Part shown: positions 17,870 to 26,415 of the stretch, piece by piece | Layout: every line of letters begins with the position of its first letter | Position numbering within the stretch: the first letter of the stretch is position 1 | The notes under the pieces: model-generated | Told to the model about the DNA's origin: nothing | Databases searched by the model: none | What the model saw: only the letters and a program-made list of their open reading frames with translations | Made by a program: the position numbers and the translations under genes | Assembly (NCBI RefSeq): GCF_000018465.1 | Contig: NC_010085.1 | Location: 1,410,001 to 1,442,000, forward strand | Origin: Nitrosopumilus maritimus SCM1 | GTDB lineage: Archaea > Thermoproteota > Nitrososphaeria > Nitrososphaerales > Nitrosopumilaceae | Direction: 5' to 3' | DNA length: 32,000 nt

Positions 17870-19126
17870 TTAATTTTGTTCAAGCAGTTCTTTTGCTCTA
17901 TTTACTGAAATGTTGTTTTCTTCAATCATCTGAGAAACTATCTTGTCAATTTGTTCAGTAGAAGCACCTGCTGCAGATGCTAGATTCCTTGCATGTAGCC
18001 TCATGTGTCCTTTCTGAATTCCATCAGTTGCAAGTGCCCTCATGGCACTAAAGTTTTGAGCCAATCCTGTTGCAGTTATTATACATGCCATCTCTTTTGC
18101 AGATTCTGCGCCTAAAATTTTAGTACAGATTTTTGCAACTGGATGAACATTGATTATTCCACCTACAATGCCAACAGATAATGGGATTTCCAATGTACCA
18201 ACAAGATTTCCATCTGAATCCTTAGTCCACTCTGATAGCGACCGGTATTGTCCAGAACGTGATGCATATGCATTTGCCGCAGCTTCAATTGCACGACTGT
18301 CTTGTCCTGTAGCATTAGCTACTGCAATAATTCCATTCATAATTCCTTTGTTGTGAGTTACTGCTCTATACACATCATGTTTTGCAAATTGATATGCATG
18401 AATCATGTTATCTACAACTTTTTCGCCTCCAACTGATTCTTTGTCAAATACAGCAGTTGCCTTTACCATTCGTCTTGTGGAATAGTTTGATAAAATTCGA
18501 AGAAGTGTTTTTCCACTAGTTAATTTTTCAATTAATGGTGCTACACCTTCACACATCGTATTAGTAACATTTGCACCCATTGCATCACCCACATCAATTA
18601 ATAATTCAACAATTAACATTGGTTCAAAATCAGTATCAAGTTTTTTACAAGTAATCTCTTTTGCACCTTTTCCCATCTTAGAAAGAGTATTACTTTTTGA
18701 ATTTGCAAGTTCTAGAATTTCCTTAATGTTTTCTTTAATTTTAGAAATAGCATTATCAATATCTGTGCCTAAAACTTGAATTTGCCCAATACTGTAGGAT
18801 TCATCAGCTACTACTGCAAATCCACCTTTAGGTCTTGCAAGTTTTGCTGCTTTTGATGCTGCTGCAATCACAGAAGGCTCTTCAATCACCATGGGAACAA
18901 GATAATCTTTATTGTTAATTTTGAAGTTGGTTGCAACTCCTAGTGGAAGTGAAAATGTTCCAAACGCATTTTCCACCATTTTGTCTGCTTTATCAAATGT
19001 AATTCCGCCATCTGGTAGTTCTAATGATTTTACGTCATCTTCTGAAAGATTTGCAAAATTTTTGATAACATCTAATCTTTCTGTTCTTGTTTTTTCAAAA
19101 AATTTTGAAATGGACGAATCAGGCAT
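17870..19126 (-). CDS. hmgA: 3-hydroxy-3-methylglutaryl-CoA reductase with class II (Pseudomonas mevalonii-type) signatures
   Basis: 418 aa. Motifs VIEEPSVIAAAS, DAMGANVTN, THNKGIMNG, ALATDGIQKGHMRLHARN. Confidence 0.9.
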   Translation of the reverse strand: MPDSSISKFFEKTRTERLDVIKNFANLSEDDVKSLELPDGGITFDKADKMVENAFGTFSLPLGVATNFKINNKDYLVPMVIEEPSVIAAASKAAKLARPKGGFAVVADESYSIGQIQVLGTDIDNAISKIKENIKEILELANSKSNTLSKMGKGAKEITCKKLDTDFEPMLIVELLIDVGDAMGANVTNTMCEGVAPLIEKLTSGKTLLRILSNYSTRRMVKATAVFDKESVGGEKVVDNMIHAYQFAKHDVYRAVTHNKGIMNGIIAVANATGQDSRAIEAAANAYASRSGQYRSLSEWTKDSDGNLVGTLEIPLSVGIVGGIINVHPVAKICTKILGAESAKEMACIITATGLAQNFSAMRALATDGIQKGHMRLHARNLASAAGASTEQIDKIVSQMIEENNISVNRAKELLEQN

Positions 19127-19127
19127 T

Positions 19128-20219
19128 TTATTTCAATATCCTCAATAATTTATCATCATTAGCAGCTGGAAAACCTTTTCCATCAGTGTTAGAAGTAATC
19201 ACATAGAGATATCCATCAGGACCTTGAACCACGTCACGAACACGTCCAATTCCACTAAGAATAGATTTTTGAGAACTCAATCCCTCATCAAAATCTACTT
19301 GATAGACATTTGATGCCCTCATTGAAGCCATAATGAAAGGGAATTCAAAATCGAATTTGTCACCAGTATAGTACAAGATTCCTCCAGGCTCTATGCTTGG
19401 ATCATAACAAAGAACAGCATTTTCAAAACTTTCATTGCCAGAGCATTCTTGTTCTGGCCAACCATAATTCTTACCTGCCAAAATTATATTGATTTCATCA
19501 TTTTTTTCAGGTCCAAATTCTGATACATACAAGTTACCATTATTATCCCAAGTCATTCCTTGAGGATTCCTGTGTCCTAAAGAGTATACAGGAGAATTTG
19601 AAAAAGGATTATCGTCAGGAATTGAACCATCATCGTTTATTCGTAAAATTTTACCTGAAAGTGAATCAAGATCTTGCGGTAAATGAGATGAATCAGATGT
19701 AGCACCTGTACCTACATACAACTTTCCATCAGGTCCAAATTTGATAAAACCACCATTTGTAAAAGAAGACCCTGGAATTTTATCAAAAATAGTTTCTGCA
19801 TCTTGTAATTTATTTTCAGATTCGGTTATTCGTAGTATTTTATTCCACAATGCTTCATCTTCTTCATAAGTCAAAAATACATAGAGGTAATGGTTCTCTG
19901 CAAAATTTGGATGTAAATCAATTCCTAACAATCCACCATCAAAAACATTAGCAGAACGAAAAGTAGCAAGTGGGGATTCTAGTTGAATATCGTTTTCAAT
20001 TACTACAATAGAACCATCTTTTTCTGTTACAAAAATTCGATTATCAGATACTGCAATTGAACGAGGCTTTTCTAGATTCTCTGCTAAAATATCAAAGGAG
20101 TCATTTTTAGAATTAAAGTTAGGTTCTGGTAATGGAATAGGATCTGATGGAAGTGTTAAGGTGTATACAGAAAAAGCAATTGCAACAACAACAGCTACAA
20201 TTGAGATTCTTTTATCCAT
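19128..20219 (-). CDS. Membrane-anchored soluble-quinoprotein (PQQ-dependent) glucose/sorbosone dehydrogenase family beta-propeller
   Basis: 363 aa. N-terminal TM/signal anchor ISIVAVVVAIAFSVYTL. Family motifs FGPDGKLYVGTG, SLGHRNPQGMTWD, NYGWPEQEC. Confidence 0.8.
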   Translation of the reverse strand: MDKRISIVAVVVAIAFSVYTLTLPSDPIPLPEPNFNSKNDSFDILAENLEKPRSIAVSDNRIFVTEKDGSIVVIENDIQLESPLATFRSANVFDGGLLGIDLHPNFAENHYLYVFLTYEEDEALWNKILRITESENKLQDAETIFDKIPGSSFTNGGFIKFGPDGKLYVGTGATSDSSHLPQDLDSLSGKILRINDDGSIPDDNPFSNSPVYSLGHRNPQGMTWDNNGNLYVSEFGPEKNDEINIILAGKNYGWPEQECSGNESFENAVLCYDPSIEPGGILYYTGDKFDFEFPFIMASMRASNVYQVDFDEGLSSQKSILSGIGRVRDVVQGPDGYLYVITSNTDGKGFPAANDDKLLRILK

Positions 20220-20273
20220 GAAAAATCAAGTTATTCAAATCATATTAATTACTTTCAAGAATTCAATAAAGCG

Positions 20274-20279
20274 TATATA
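20274..20279 (+). promoter_or_regulatory. TATA box of the tRNA gene
   Basis: AAAGCGTATATACGG. The TATATA core is centred about 26 nt upstream of tRNA position 1 (20303), and an A-rich BRE-like stretch lies directly upstream. Confidence 0.45.
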
Positions 20280-20302
20280 CGGCTCGTGTTAATTTCTCAA
20301 TC

Positions 20303-20377
20303 AGCGGGGTGGGGAAGCCAGGTCATCCCGGCGGGCTCATAACCCGCAGTTCAGTAGTTCAAATCTACTCCCCGCTA
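20303..20377 (+). tRNA. tRNA-Met (CAU), initiator type
   Basis: 75-nt cloverleaf folded by eye. Acceptor AGCGGGG/CCCCGCU plus discriminator A. Anticodon stem GCGGG/CCCGC, loop CUCAUAA. T arm AGUAG-UUCAAAU-CUACU. The A1:U72 pair and three G:C pairs next to the anticodon loop are archaeal initiator hallmarks. No encoded CCA and no intron. Confidence 0.9.
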
Positions 20378-20378
20378 C

Positions 20379-21731
20379 TTAATTTTGATAAACACAAAAC
20401 CAAGATAGAGAATTTTTGAAATTAGTTGATTTGTTTTGAATGCCTTGTCTTTGTTGAGGACGTGTAAGGTGTCTATGAGCAGAAATTTTTGGCAAATACA
20501 GTTGTGGGCCTAGGTTTCTAGTAACTATTTCATTTATTTTTCTTGAAGATTTTTTTCCACAGCGAATGCATTCAAATCCTTGTCCCTTGCCTTTAGATTT
20601 CATTTTTTTAGTACATTTTTTACAAATTGGATTTGATGTCTTGGTTTGTTTTTTAAGAGAAATAATTTGAATAAATTCAAGATTAATTATTCGAGGGAAA
20701 TTTTTTGAAGCCTTTCTAACTCCCCCACCCACAGAAATTTTATCGCCTTTGATCAAATTTGAAGCAATAACAGACATGCCCGTTGGTTTGTAAACTGCGC
20801 ACCAAAACTCATTACCATTTGAGAGGATTTTAAAAAATACATGTCCTCCTTTGGCAATTCTGGGGGAATTTGAAACAACTCCAGTTAATTTTCCAGAAGC
20901 ATATGGTTTCATTGTTTCAAAAGTAAGTTCATTCTTCAAATGGTCACCAGTTCCTTGATTAGATTTGAAGATCATGTAACCATCTAGTTTTTCTTCACTT
21001 TTTAGAATCTTAGATGCAGAAACTAGTGCATCTACATTTTCACCACGGACACCAAAAAATACAGGATCTGGACCGTGAGGAGTGATTAAAACTCGCCCTT
21101 TTTTTGTATCAAAACTATTGAAAGTGTCAGGATAGGTTTTTTCTTGCATTTCCTTAACGCTTTTTGTTGAAATTTTTCTTTCTTTTCCAAATTTTTGTTT
21201 TTTACGATAACTCAATAGCTCTAGTGTATGATCATTAAAATCATAACCTATTGCACCAATTGCACCAACCAATCCTTGTCCATTTCCTTTGTAGAAATAT
21301 TCAAGATTGTTTTTTTTAGCAAACTTTTTTGCGTTATTTCGATTAATTAATTGCCATAAAGCTAAATTACTAAATTTTGTAAATTCATTAGGAATTGAAT
21401 CACTTTCAAAAAAAACTAAACCAGGATTTGCTCCATTTTTTGTATCAGAATATTTTGAAACAAGATTTTTGATTTGATTTTTTATTTTTGATGGATTACT
21501 AGTCTTAATTTTGATAGAAACTGCTCCATTTCCACGTGTTTTCCATGGAATGTTTGGATTGAATCGAATTAATCTTGGAAAATCAAGAAATTCAGTTTTC
21601 TGTTTTTTGAGTAAATCTACTACTTTGTAAGCCAAAAAAGTAGTACACATTCCTTTTGGAGAATCAGTATCATCAAAGCCAATGTTTAGAACAGTTTTTT
21701 TTACCACGTTTTTGGTAACTAATTCAGACAT
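20379..21731 (-). CDS. tiaS: tRNA(Ile2) 2-agmatinylcytidine synthetase
   Basis: N-terminal IGFDDTDSPKGMCTTFLA (TiaS kinase-domain signature). C-terminal zinc ribbon CKKCTKKMKSKGKGQGFECIRCGKK. I prefer ATG 21731. The track start at 21746 is a TTG. Confidence 0.85.
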   Translation of the reverse strand: MSELVTKNVVKKTVLNIGFDDTDSPKGMCTTFLAYKVVDLLKKQKTEFLDFPRLIRFNPNIPWKTRGNGAVSIKIKTSNPSKIKNQIKNLVSKYSDTKNGANPGLVFFESDSIPNEFTKFSNLALWQLINRNNAKKFAKKNNLEYFYKGNGQGLVGAIGAIGYDFNDHTLELLSYRKKQKFGKERKISTKSVKEMQEKTYPDTFNSFDTKKGRVLITPHGPDPVFFGVRGENVDALVSASKILKSEEKLDGYMIFKSNQGTGDHLKNELTFETMKPYASGKLTGVVSNSPRIAKGGHVFFKILSNGNEFWCAVYKPTGMSVIASNLIKGDKISVGGGVRKASKNFPRIINLEFIQIISLKKQTKTSNPICKKCTKKMKSKGKGQGFECIRCGKKSSRKINEIVTRNLGPQLYLPKISAHRHLTRPQQRQGIQNKSTNFKNSLSWFCVYQN

Positions 21732-21789
21732 TTTTAGTTGTTGCAAGATACAGTTGGTTTAAATTAATAAAATAACATTTCAAGCTAAA

Positions 21790-22785
21790 TTGATTGTAAT
21801 AGATGAGAAAAGGATTTTTCAGGAGATAGAAGAAAAAAATCCTGCATCAGTTTCATTAAATGGGCCAGATGGAATTTTGCCACAAGTACAAGAAACTGCA
21901 AAAAATATTACAAAAAAATTTGGCATTCCAGCATATGTTCTAGCTGATACAACTTGGGGAACGTGTGATTTGAATTCAAATGGTTCCAAAGTTCTTGGTG
22001 CAGAAATTCAATTCAACATAGGTCATACAATAAACACTGAGACATATGAAAAAAATTTGATTCTAATTGATGCTTATGATGATGTAGAATTTGACAGTGT
22101 AGCAAAAAAATGTGCAGAATTACTGAAAGGAAAAGTAATTTCTCTAGTAACAGATAGTCAACACTTGCATCAAGTAGATAAAGTTGAAAAAATTTTAACA
22201 GAAAATGGAATTACAGTAAAGATTGGAAAAGGTAAAGGACAGTTAAATGATGGACAAGTATTTGGTTGTGAATTTTATCCTGCAACAGATCTAAAAAAAG
22301 AAGTAGATGCATACGTTTTCTTGGGACAAAGTAATTTTCATGCATCGGGAATTGCATTATCCACAAATCTGCCAACATATGTTTTAGATCCTTACTTTAA
22401 TGAAGTAAGAGAGGTTACAGATTTTGCACAGAAATTAAAAAAGAAAGCTACTCTTGCAATATACAAAGCAGCTGAAGCAAAAACTTTTGGAGTGATTGTG
22501 GGATTGAAAGAGGGTCAATTATCAAAGGTTTTTGCATTAAAAATCAAAGAAGAGTTGGAGGCAGAAGGAAAAGAAGTTCAATTATTTGCATTGACAGACA
22601 TAACAAATGACAGATTAAGAAATCTAAAAGGAATTGATGCTTTTATTCAGGTTGCATGTCCTAGAATTTCTACAGACAATCAGTTTGACAAGCCTGTTTT
22701 ATCATCACCTCAGGCTAATGCATTGTTAAAAATTCTTAGAAATGAAAGTATTGAGGGGTATTTAGAAATCCCACATTGGTTATGA
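21790..22785 (+). CDS. dph2: 2-(3-amino-3-carboxypropyl)histidine synthase (diphthamide synthesis, radical-SAM-like Dph2)
   Basis: 331 aa. Three conserved Cys contexts (TWGTCD at C59, VFGCEFY, QVACPRIS). The whole reading frame has no in-frame ATG. TTG 21790 is the first canonical start after the in-frame TAA at 21760. Confidence 0.85.
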   Translation: MIVIDEKRIFQEIEEKNPASVSLNGPDGILPQVQETAKNITKKFGIPAYVLADTTWGTCDLNSNGSKVLGAEIQFNIGHTINTETYEKNLILIDAYDDVEFDSVAKKCAELLKGKVISLVTDSQHLHQVDKVEKILTENGITVKIGKGKGQLNDGQVFGCEFYPATDLKKEVDAYVFLGQSNFHASGIALSTNLPTYVLDPYFNEVREVTDFAQKLKKKATLAIYKAAEAKTFGVIVGLKEGQLSKVFALKIKEELEAEGKEVQLFALTDITNDRLRNLKGIDAFIQVACPRISTDNQFDKPVLSSPQANALLKILRNESIEGYLEIPHWL

Positions 22786-23379
22786 TACTAGTTTTTGAAA
22801 TTTAGGATTATCAGATAGTTTTTCAAAAGATTTTGATTTTTGTGCTTTAATTTTGTATTGCTTCCCTTGAGAAATTGATTTTTCAAGTAGCAATAATGAA
22901 TCGTCTACTTTTGAAAGCATTGCCAAACTACAAGATTTATCAAACAAGACATCACCGTTTTCAGGATAATCATTCAAAATTATATCACAACAAGAAATAG
23001 AATCATCATATCTATCCATAGAAAATAGAATTCTTTCCTTGTGATATAACGCAATATTGTATTTTGGATTAGACTCTAAAATTTTATCACATATAGACAA
23101 TCCTTCAGAAAGATTTCCTTGTTTTCTAAAAGAAGAGATTTTGTTTACCAACACAGAAAGATCATCAGGATAGTTTTCAAGTGCCAAATCATAGCACTTC
23201 ATAGCACTTTGATAGTCCTTTAGTTTACTTAGGGCATATCCTTTGTTGTTAAGAGAACTCAGGTGTTTTGGGTTTTCATCTAGAATTTTGTCATAATAAG
23301 CAATTGCTTCGGTGTACTTTCCTTTTAAAAATAATCTATTTCCTTCATCTAAAATTGAATTTGTTTTTGGATCATCCAT
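22780..23379 (-). CDS. Tetratricopeptide-repeat (TPR) protein
   Basis: 199 aa of consecutive 34-residue TPR-like units (GKYTEAIAYYDKILDENPKH, KDYQSAMKCYDLALENYPDD, GNLSEGLSICDKILESNPKY). Confidence 0.8.
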   Translation of the reverse strand: MDDPKTNSILDEGNRLFLKGKYTEAIAYYDKILDENPKHLSSLNNKGYALSKLKDYQSAMKCYDLALENYPDDLSVLVNKISSFRKQGNLSEGLSICDKILESNPKYNIALYHKERILFSMDRYDDSISCCDIILNDYPENGDVLFDKSCSLAMLSKVDDSLLLLEKSISQGKQYKIKAQKSKSFEKLSDNPKFQKLVS

Positions 23380-23385
23380 GAATAA

Positions 23386-24459
23386 TCAGTTTGGTTTCAT
23401 AATGATTTTTCCAAAAAGTCCTTTACCTTTTAGCATCTTTGTATGGGCTTCAGCAGCTTGCTCAAGCGTATATTCAGAATCAATTATGGATTTTATTTTT
23501 CCTTTAGACATCCAATAAAATCCCTCTTCAAGCTCAGCTCTTGTTCCCTGAGTTGAACCCAAAATGTTTAGTCCTTTAAAGAAAATATGTCTAAGATCAG
23601 TTTTTGCCATATAACCAGTAGTCGCACCAGTAGTAATCACAGTGCCTCCATAGTTTAGAAGAGTGAGTTCTTTGTTCCAATGAGAGCCTCCAATATGTTC
23701 AAAAATTACATCTACACCAGGAACCTCCCCAAATGGTTTTGGAAGTTTTTTTGCAATTGCTCTTACTTCTTTATGCCAGTCTTCTTTTCTATGATCAATT
23801 GCATAGTCTGCTCCAAGTTCAAGTAGTTGATCTAATTTATCAGGACTAGCAGTTGCAATTACAGTACAACCAAAAAGTTTTGCAATCTGAATTCCATAAT
23901 TTCCAACACCAGAACCTCCGCCCATGATCAAAACTAATTGTCCAGGTTGAATTTTTGCTCTGCCAACTAACATATGCCAAGAAGTTAACATGGTCATAGA
24001 TGCAGCTGCTGCTTCTTCATATGATATTCCTTCAGGGATTTTTACAACATTGACTTCTGGAAGATGAGTATATTCACAGTATCCTCCCCAAAGAGGACCT
24101 GTTTCAAATCCCCAAATGGTTCGTTTTTTACAATCATATTCGCGTCCGGATGTACATCTCTTACACACCCTACAAGACATGTTTCCATGTGAAACCACTC
24201 TATCACCTACTTTGAAATTTTTTACATCTTCACCTACTGCAGTTACTTCACCTGCGGCATCAGTTCCAGAAATATGAGGTAAAGGAATTGCAAGAGGTTT
24301 GCCTCTCATTCCCCAAATATCATCATAATTTAATGCGGCTGCCTTTACTTTGAAAACTACTTCGTTTGATTTTGGTTCAGGAATTGGCAGATCTTTAATT
24401 TTTAAAATTTTAGAAAAATCATCATCAGTAGTATATTCTTCATAAACTAGAGCCTTCAT
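23386..24459 (-). CDS. MDR-superfamily NAD(P)H oxidoreductase of the crotonyl-CoA carboxylase/reductase-like (enoyl-thioester reductase) type
   Basis: MKALVYEEY start. GTDAAGEV replaces the GHE catalytic-zinc motif. A structural-zinc Cys cluster CRVCKRCTSGREYDC is present. CCR-like block IWGFETGPLWGGYCEYTHLPEVNVVKIPEGISYEEAAA. Cofactor loop GGGSGVGNYGIQIAK. ATG 24459 (or 24471) is preferred because a TATA-like ATATATTT is centred about 25 nt upstream of 24459. Confidence 0.8.
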   Translation of the reverse strand: MKALVYEEYTTDDDFSKILKIKDLPIPEPKSNEVVFKVKAAALNYDDIWGMRGKPLAIPLPHISGTDAAGEVTAVGEDVKNFKVGDRVVSHGNMSCRVCKRCTSGREYDCKKRTIWGFETGPLWGGYCEYTHLPEVNVVKIPEGISYEEAAAASMTMLTSWHMLVGRAKIQPGQLVLIMGGGSGVGNYGIQIAKLFGCTVIATASPDKLDQLLELGADYAIDHRKEDWHKEVRAIAKKLPKPFGEVPGVDVIFEHIGGSHWNKELTLLNYGGTVITTGATTGYMAKTDLRHIFFKGLNILGSTQGTRAELEEGFYWMSKGKIKSIIDSEYTLEQAAEAHTKMLKGKGLFGKIIMKPN

Positions 24460-24546
24460 GATTTTTTTCATATGTGTGTAAATATATGATTTATCCAGAT
24501 CATTTGGGCCATAAACAATTATAATCACAAAAACAAGAATTTCAGC

Positions 24547-25098
24547 ATGTCTGAAAATGCAACATATCCAGGTGAAAAAATAGCATCTATTGAAGAATAT
24601 GAGGCAGGATACAATGCTTTTGATGATGGAGATATGGTCAGAGCAGCAACTATTGGCCAAAAAGACATCGATAAAACCACCAGAACTGCAAATATCAATC
24701 ATCCAAAGAATCTATCCATACCAAAAGTAGGAGATGTTGTAATTGGAACAGTTGCAGCAGTAATGTCATCTATGATTGCAGTTTCAATTGATTACATTAA
24801 TGGAAATCCAACTACATCTAAAGTTGAATGTGTATGTTCTACAAGAAACATTAGAAAAAGAAATATCGCACTAGTAAACGATATAGCAAAATTAAAAATT
24901 TTAAATCATCTTAATGGTACGATTCATGCAACAATAGATGAGTCAAGTTTAGGGATACTATTTACAAAATGTCGCAAATGTGGTGGAAAAGTAGTACCTA
25001 TGCGTGATGCTATAAAATGTACAGAGTGTTCATGGATTGATGAAAGAAAACTATCTGCAGACTTTGGTAAAAGCGATTTCGTAAAACTGAGAGAATAA
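24547..25098 (+). CDS. csl4: Exosome complex RNA-binding subunit Csl4
   Basis: 183 aa. An N-terminal domain, an S1-like domain (VGDVVIGTV...) and a C-terminal zinc ribbon CRKCGGKVVPMRDAIKCTEC. Confidence 0.8.
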   Translation: MSENATYPGEKIASIEEYEAGYNAFDDGDMVRAATIGQKDIDKTTRTANINHPKNLSIPKVGDVVIGTVAAVMSSMIAVSIDYINGNPTTSKVECVCSTRNIRKRNIALVNDIAKLKILNHLNGTIHATIDESSLGILFTKCRKCGGKVVPMRDAIKCTECSWIDERKLSADFGKSDFVKLRE

Positions 25099-25100
25099 AA

Positions 25101-25916
25101 ATGATTAATGTATCGTTCCAAGGTGAACGAGGTGCATATAGTGAAGCTGCAGCAAGATCATTCTTTGAGGAAGATATTGAAACAGTTCCATTTGCAACGT
25201 TTGCCGAAGTTTTAGAAAACACATCTAAAGAAAAAACAGAGTATTCAGTTTTACCTGTAGAGAATTCATTAGAAGGTAGTGTTGGAGAGAGTTACGATTT
25301 ATTGTATTCTACATCATTGAATGCAACAGGAGAAATCTATCATAGAATTGAACATTGTCTAATTGGGATTGGAGAGATAAATGAAGTTGATACGGTGTAT
25401 TCACATCCACAAGCTTTGGGTCAATGTAGAAAATTCATTGAAGAACACAAAATGAAAACAATTCCAGCATACGATACTGCAGGGAGTGTAAAAATAATCA
25501 AAGAGTTAAACAAGAAAAATTGTGCTTGTATTGCAAGCAAAACAGCATCTACAATTTATGATGTTCCTGTTATTGCAGAAAATATTGCAAATAACTTGAA
25601 CAATTACACACGATTTCTAATACTATCAAAAAAAGAATCAACAATTACTGGAAATGACAAGACGTCAATAATTTTCTCAATAAAACACGAGCCTGGATCA
25701 TTATACAGAATAATTGAGAATTTCCACAAAAATAATGTAAATCTAACAAAGATAGAATCAAGGCCAACTAGGAGCAATACATGGGAATACAATTTCTATG
25801 TAGACTTTGAGGGACATCAAAAAGATTCCAAGATTTCAGAAATGTTAGAAAAAATCAAACAAGACACGTTATTTTTGAAAGTTTTGGGTTCGTATCCTTC
25901 AGCAAAACTTAGCTAA
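25101..25916 (+). CDS. pheA: Prephenate dehydratase with C-terminal ACT domain
   Basis: VSFQGERGAYSEAAA, NYTRFLIL, ESRP motif (LTKIESRPT). Starts 2 nt after the csl4 stop. Confidence 0.9.
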   Translation: MINVSFQGERGAYSEAAARSFFEEDIETVPFATFAEVLENTSKEKTEYSVLPVENSLEGSVGESYDLLYSTSLNATGEIYHRIEHCLIGIGEINEVDTVYSHPQALGQCRKFIEEHKMKTIPAYDTAGSVKIIKELNKKNCACIASKTASTIYDVPVIAENIANNLNNYTRFLILSKKESTITGNDKTSIIFSIKHEPGSLYRIIENFHKNNVNLTKIESRPTRSNTWEYNFYVDFEGHQKDSKISEMLEKIKQDTLFLKVLGSYPSAKLS

Positions 25917-26380
25917 AAGCCTTTTGGCTTTCTTAATGTAAAGCCCATACTAAATCCAATAATGACCATTCCAGAGATAATGACCATTAGATCAAAAGTA
26001 AACCATATTGGATCAGAACTTCTAATCAAGGTTCCAGTAATCTCTAAATCAGTATTTCCAGTATTTTGAATATTGATTATTGTTGGTCCATCTTCATTAT
26101 GTACCCACTCTAGTGTTGCATCCTTTTTGTAAGATGTTTTTGGAATTTGCAATCCATCACCAGGACTTTGTAATTTCAAATCAAAAGAATCACCAACAAT
26201 GTTCATTGTTTGTGGAGTGCCAGCAGGAGCAGGAATTGTATAAAGTGTTGAATCGCCAGTTCCAACAATATAATCTTCGTGAATTGTAATTGTTCCAATG
26301 TGTGTAATTAGAGAGTAACCACCTATACCGATAATTATGCTACCAACTACTAATCCAATTATAGTCCGTTTTGATAACAT
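25913..26380 (-). CDS. Hypothetical membrane protein (TM helices at both ends flanking a beta-rich loop domain)
   Basis: 155-aa ORF. N-terminal TIIGLVVGSIIIGIGGYSLI and C-terminal FDLMVIISGMVIIGFSMGF hydrophobic helices. I recognise no family. Confidence 0.6.
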   Translation of the reverse strand: MLSKRTIIGLVVGSIIIGIGGYSLITHIGTITIHEDYIVGTGDSTLYTIPAPAGTPQTMNIVGDSFDLKLQSPGDGLQIPKTSYKKDATLEWVHNEDGPTIINIQNTGNTDLEITGTLIRSSDPIWFTFDLMVIISGMVIIGFSMGFTLRKPKGF

Positions 26381-26415
26381 GATTCAATCAATCCTAATAC
26401 TGCTTAAAAAATTAT

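Noticed and set aside
20303-20377. The CAU tRNA next to tiaS might be tRNA-Ile2, the TiaS substrate
   Set aside because: A1:U72 and the three consecutive G:C pairs closing the anticodon stem are initiator tRNA-Met hallmarks in archaea. Elongator and Ile2 tRNAs normally start with G1:C72. I kept it as a finding to verify with isotype-specific models.
24472-24702. 77-codon N-terminal extension of the MDR ORF (MIDICSSGGFIDVFLANSCC...)
   Set aside because: It is Cys/Phe/Ile-rich nonsense and overlaps the csl4 start on the other strand. MDR enzymes begin at MKALVY. A TATA-like box sits about 25 nt upstream of ATG 24459.
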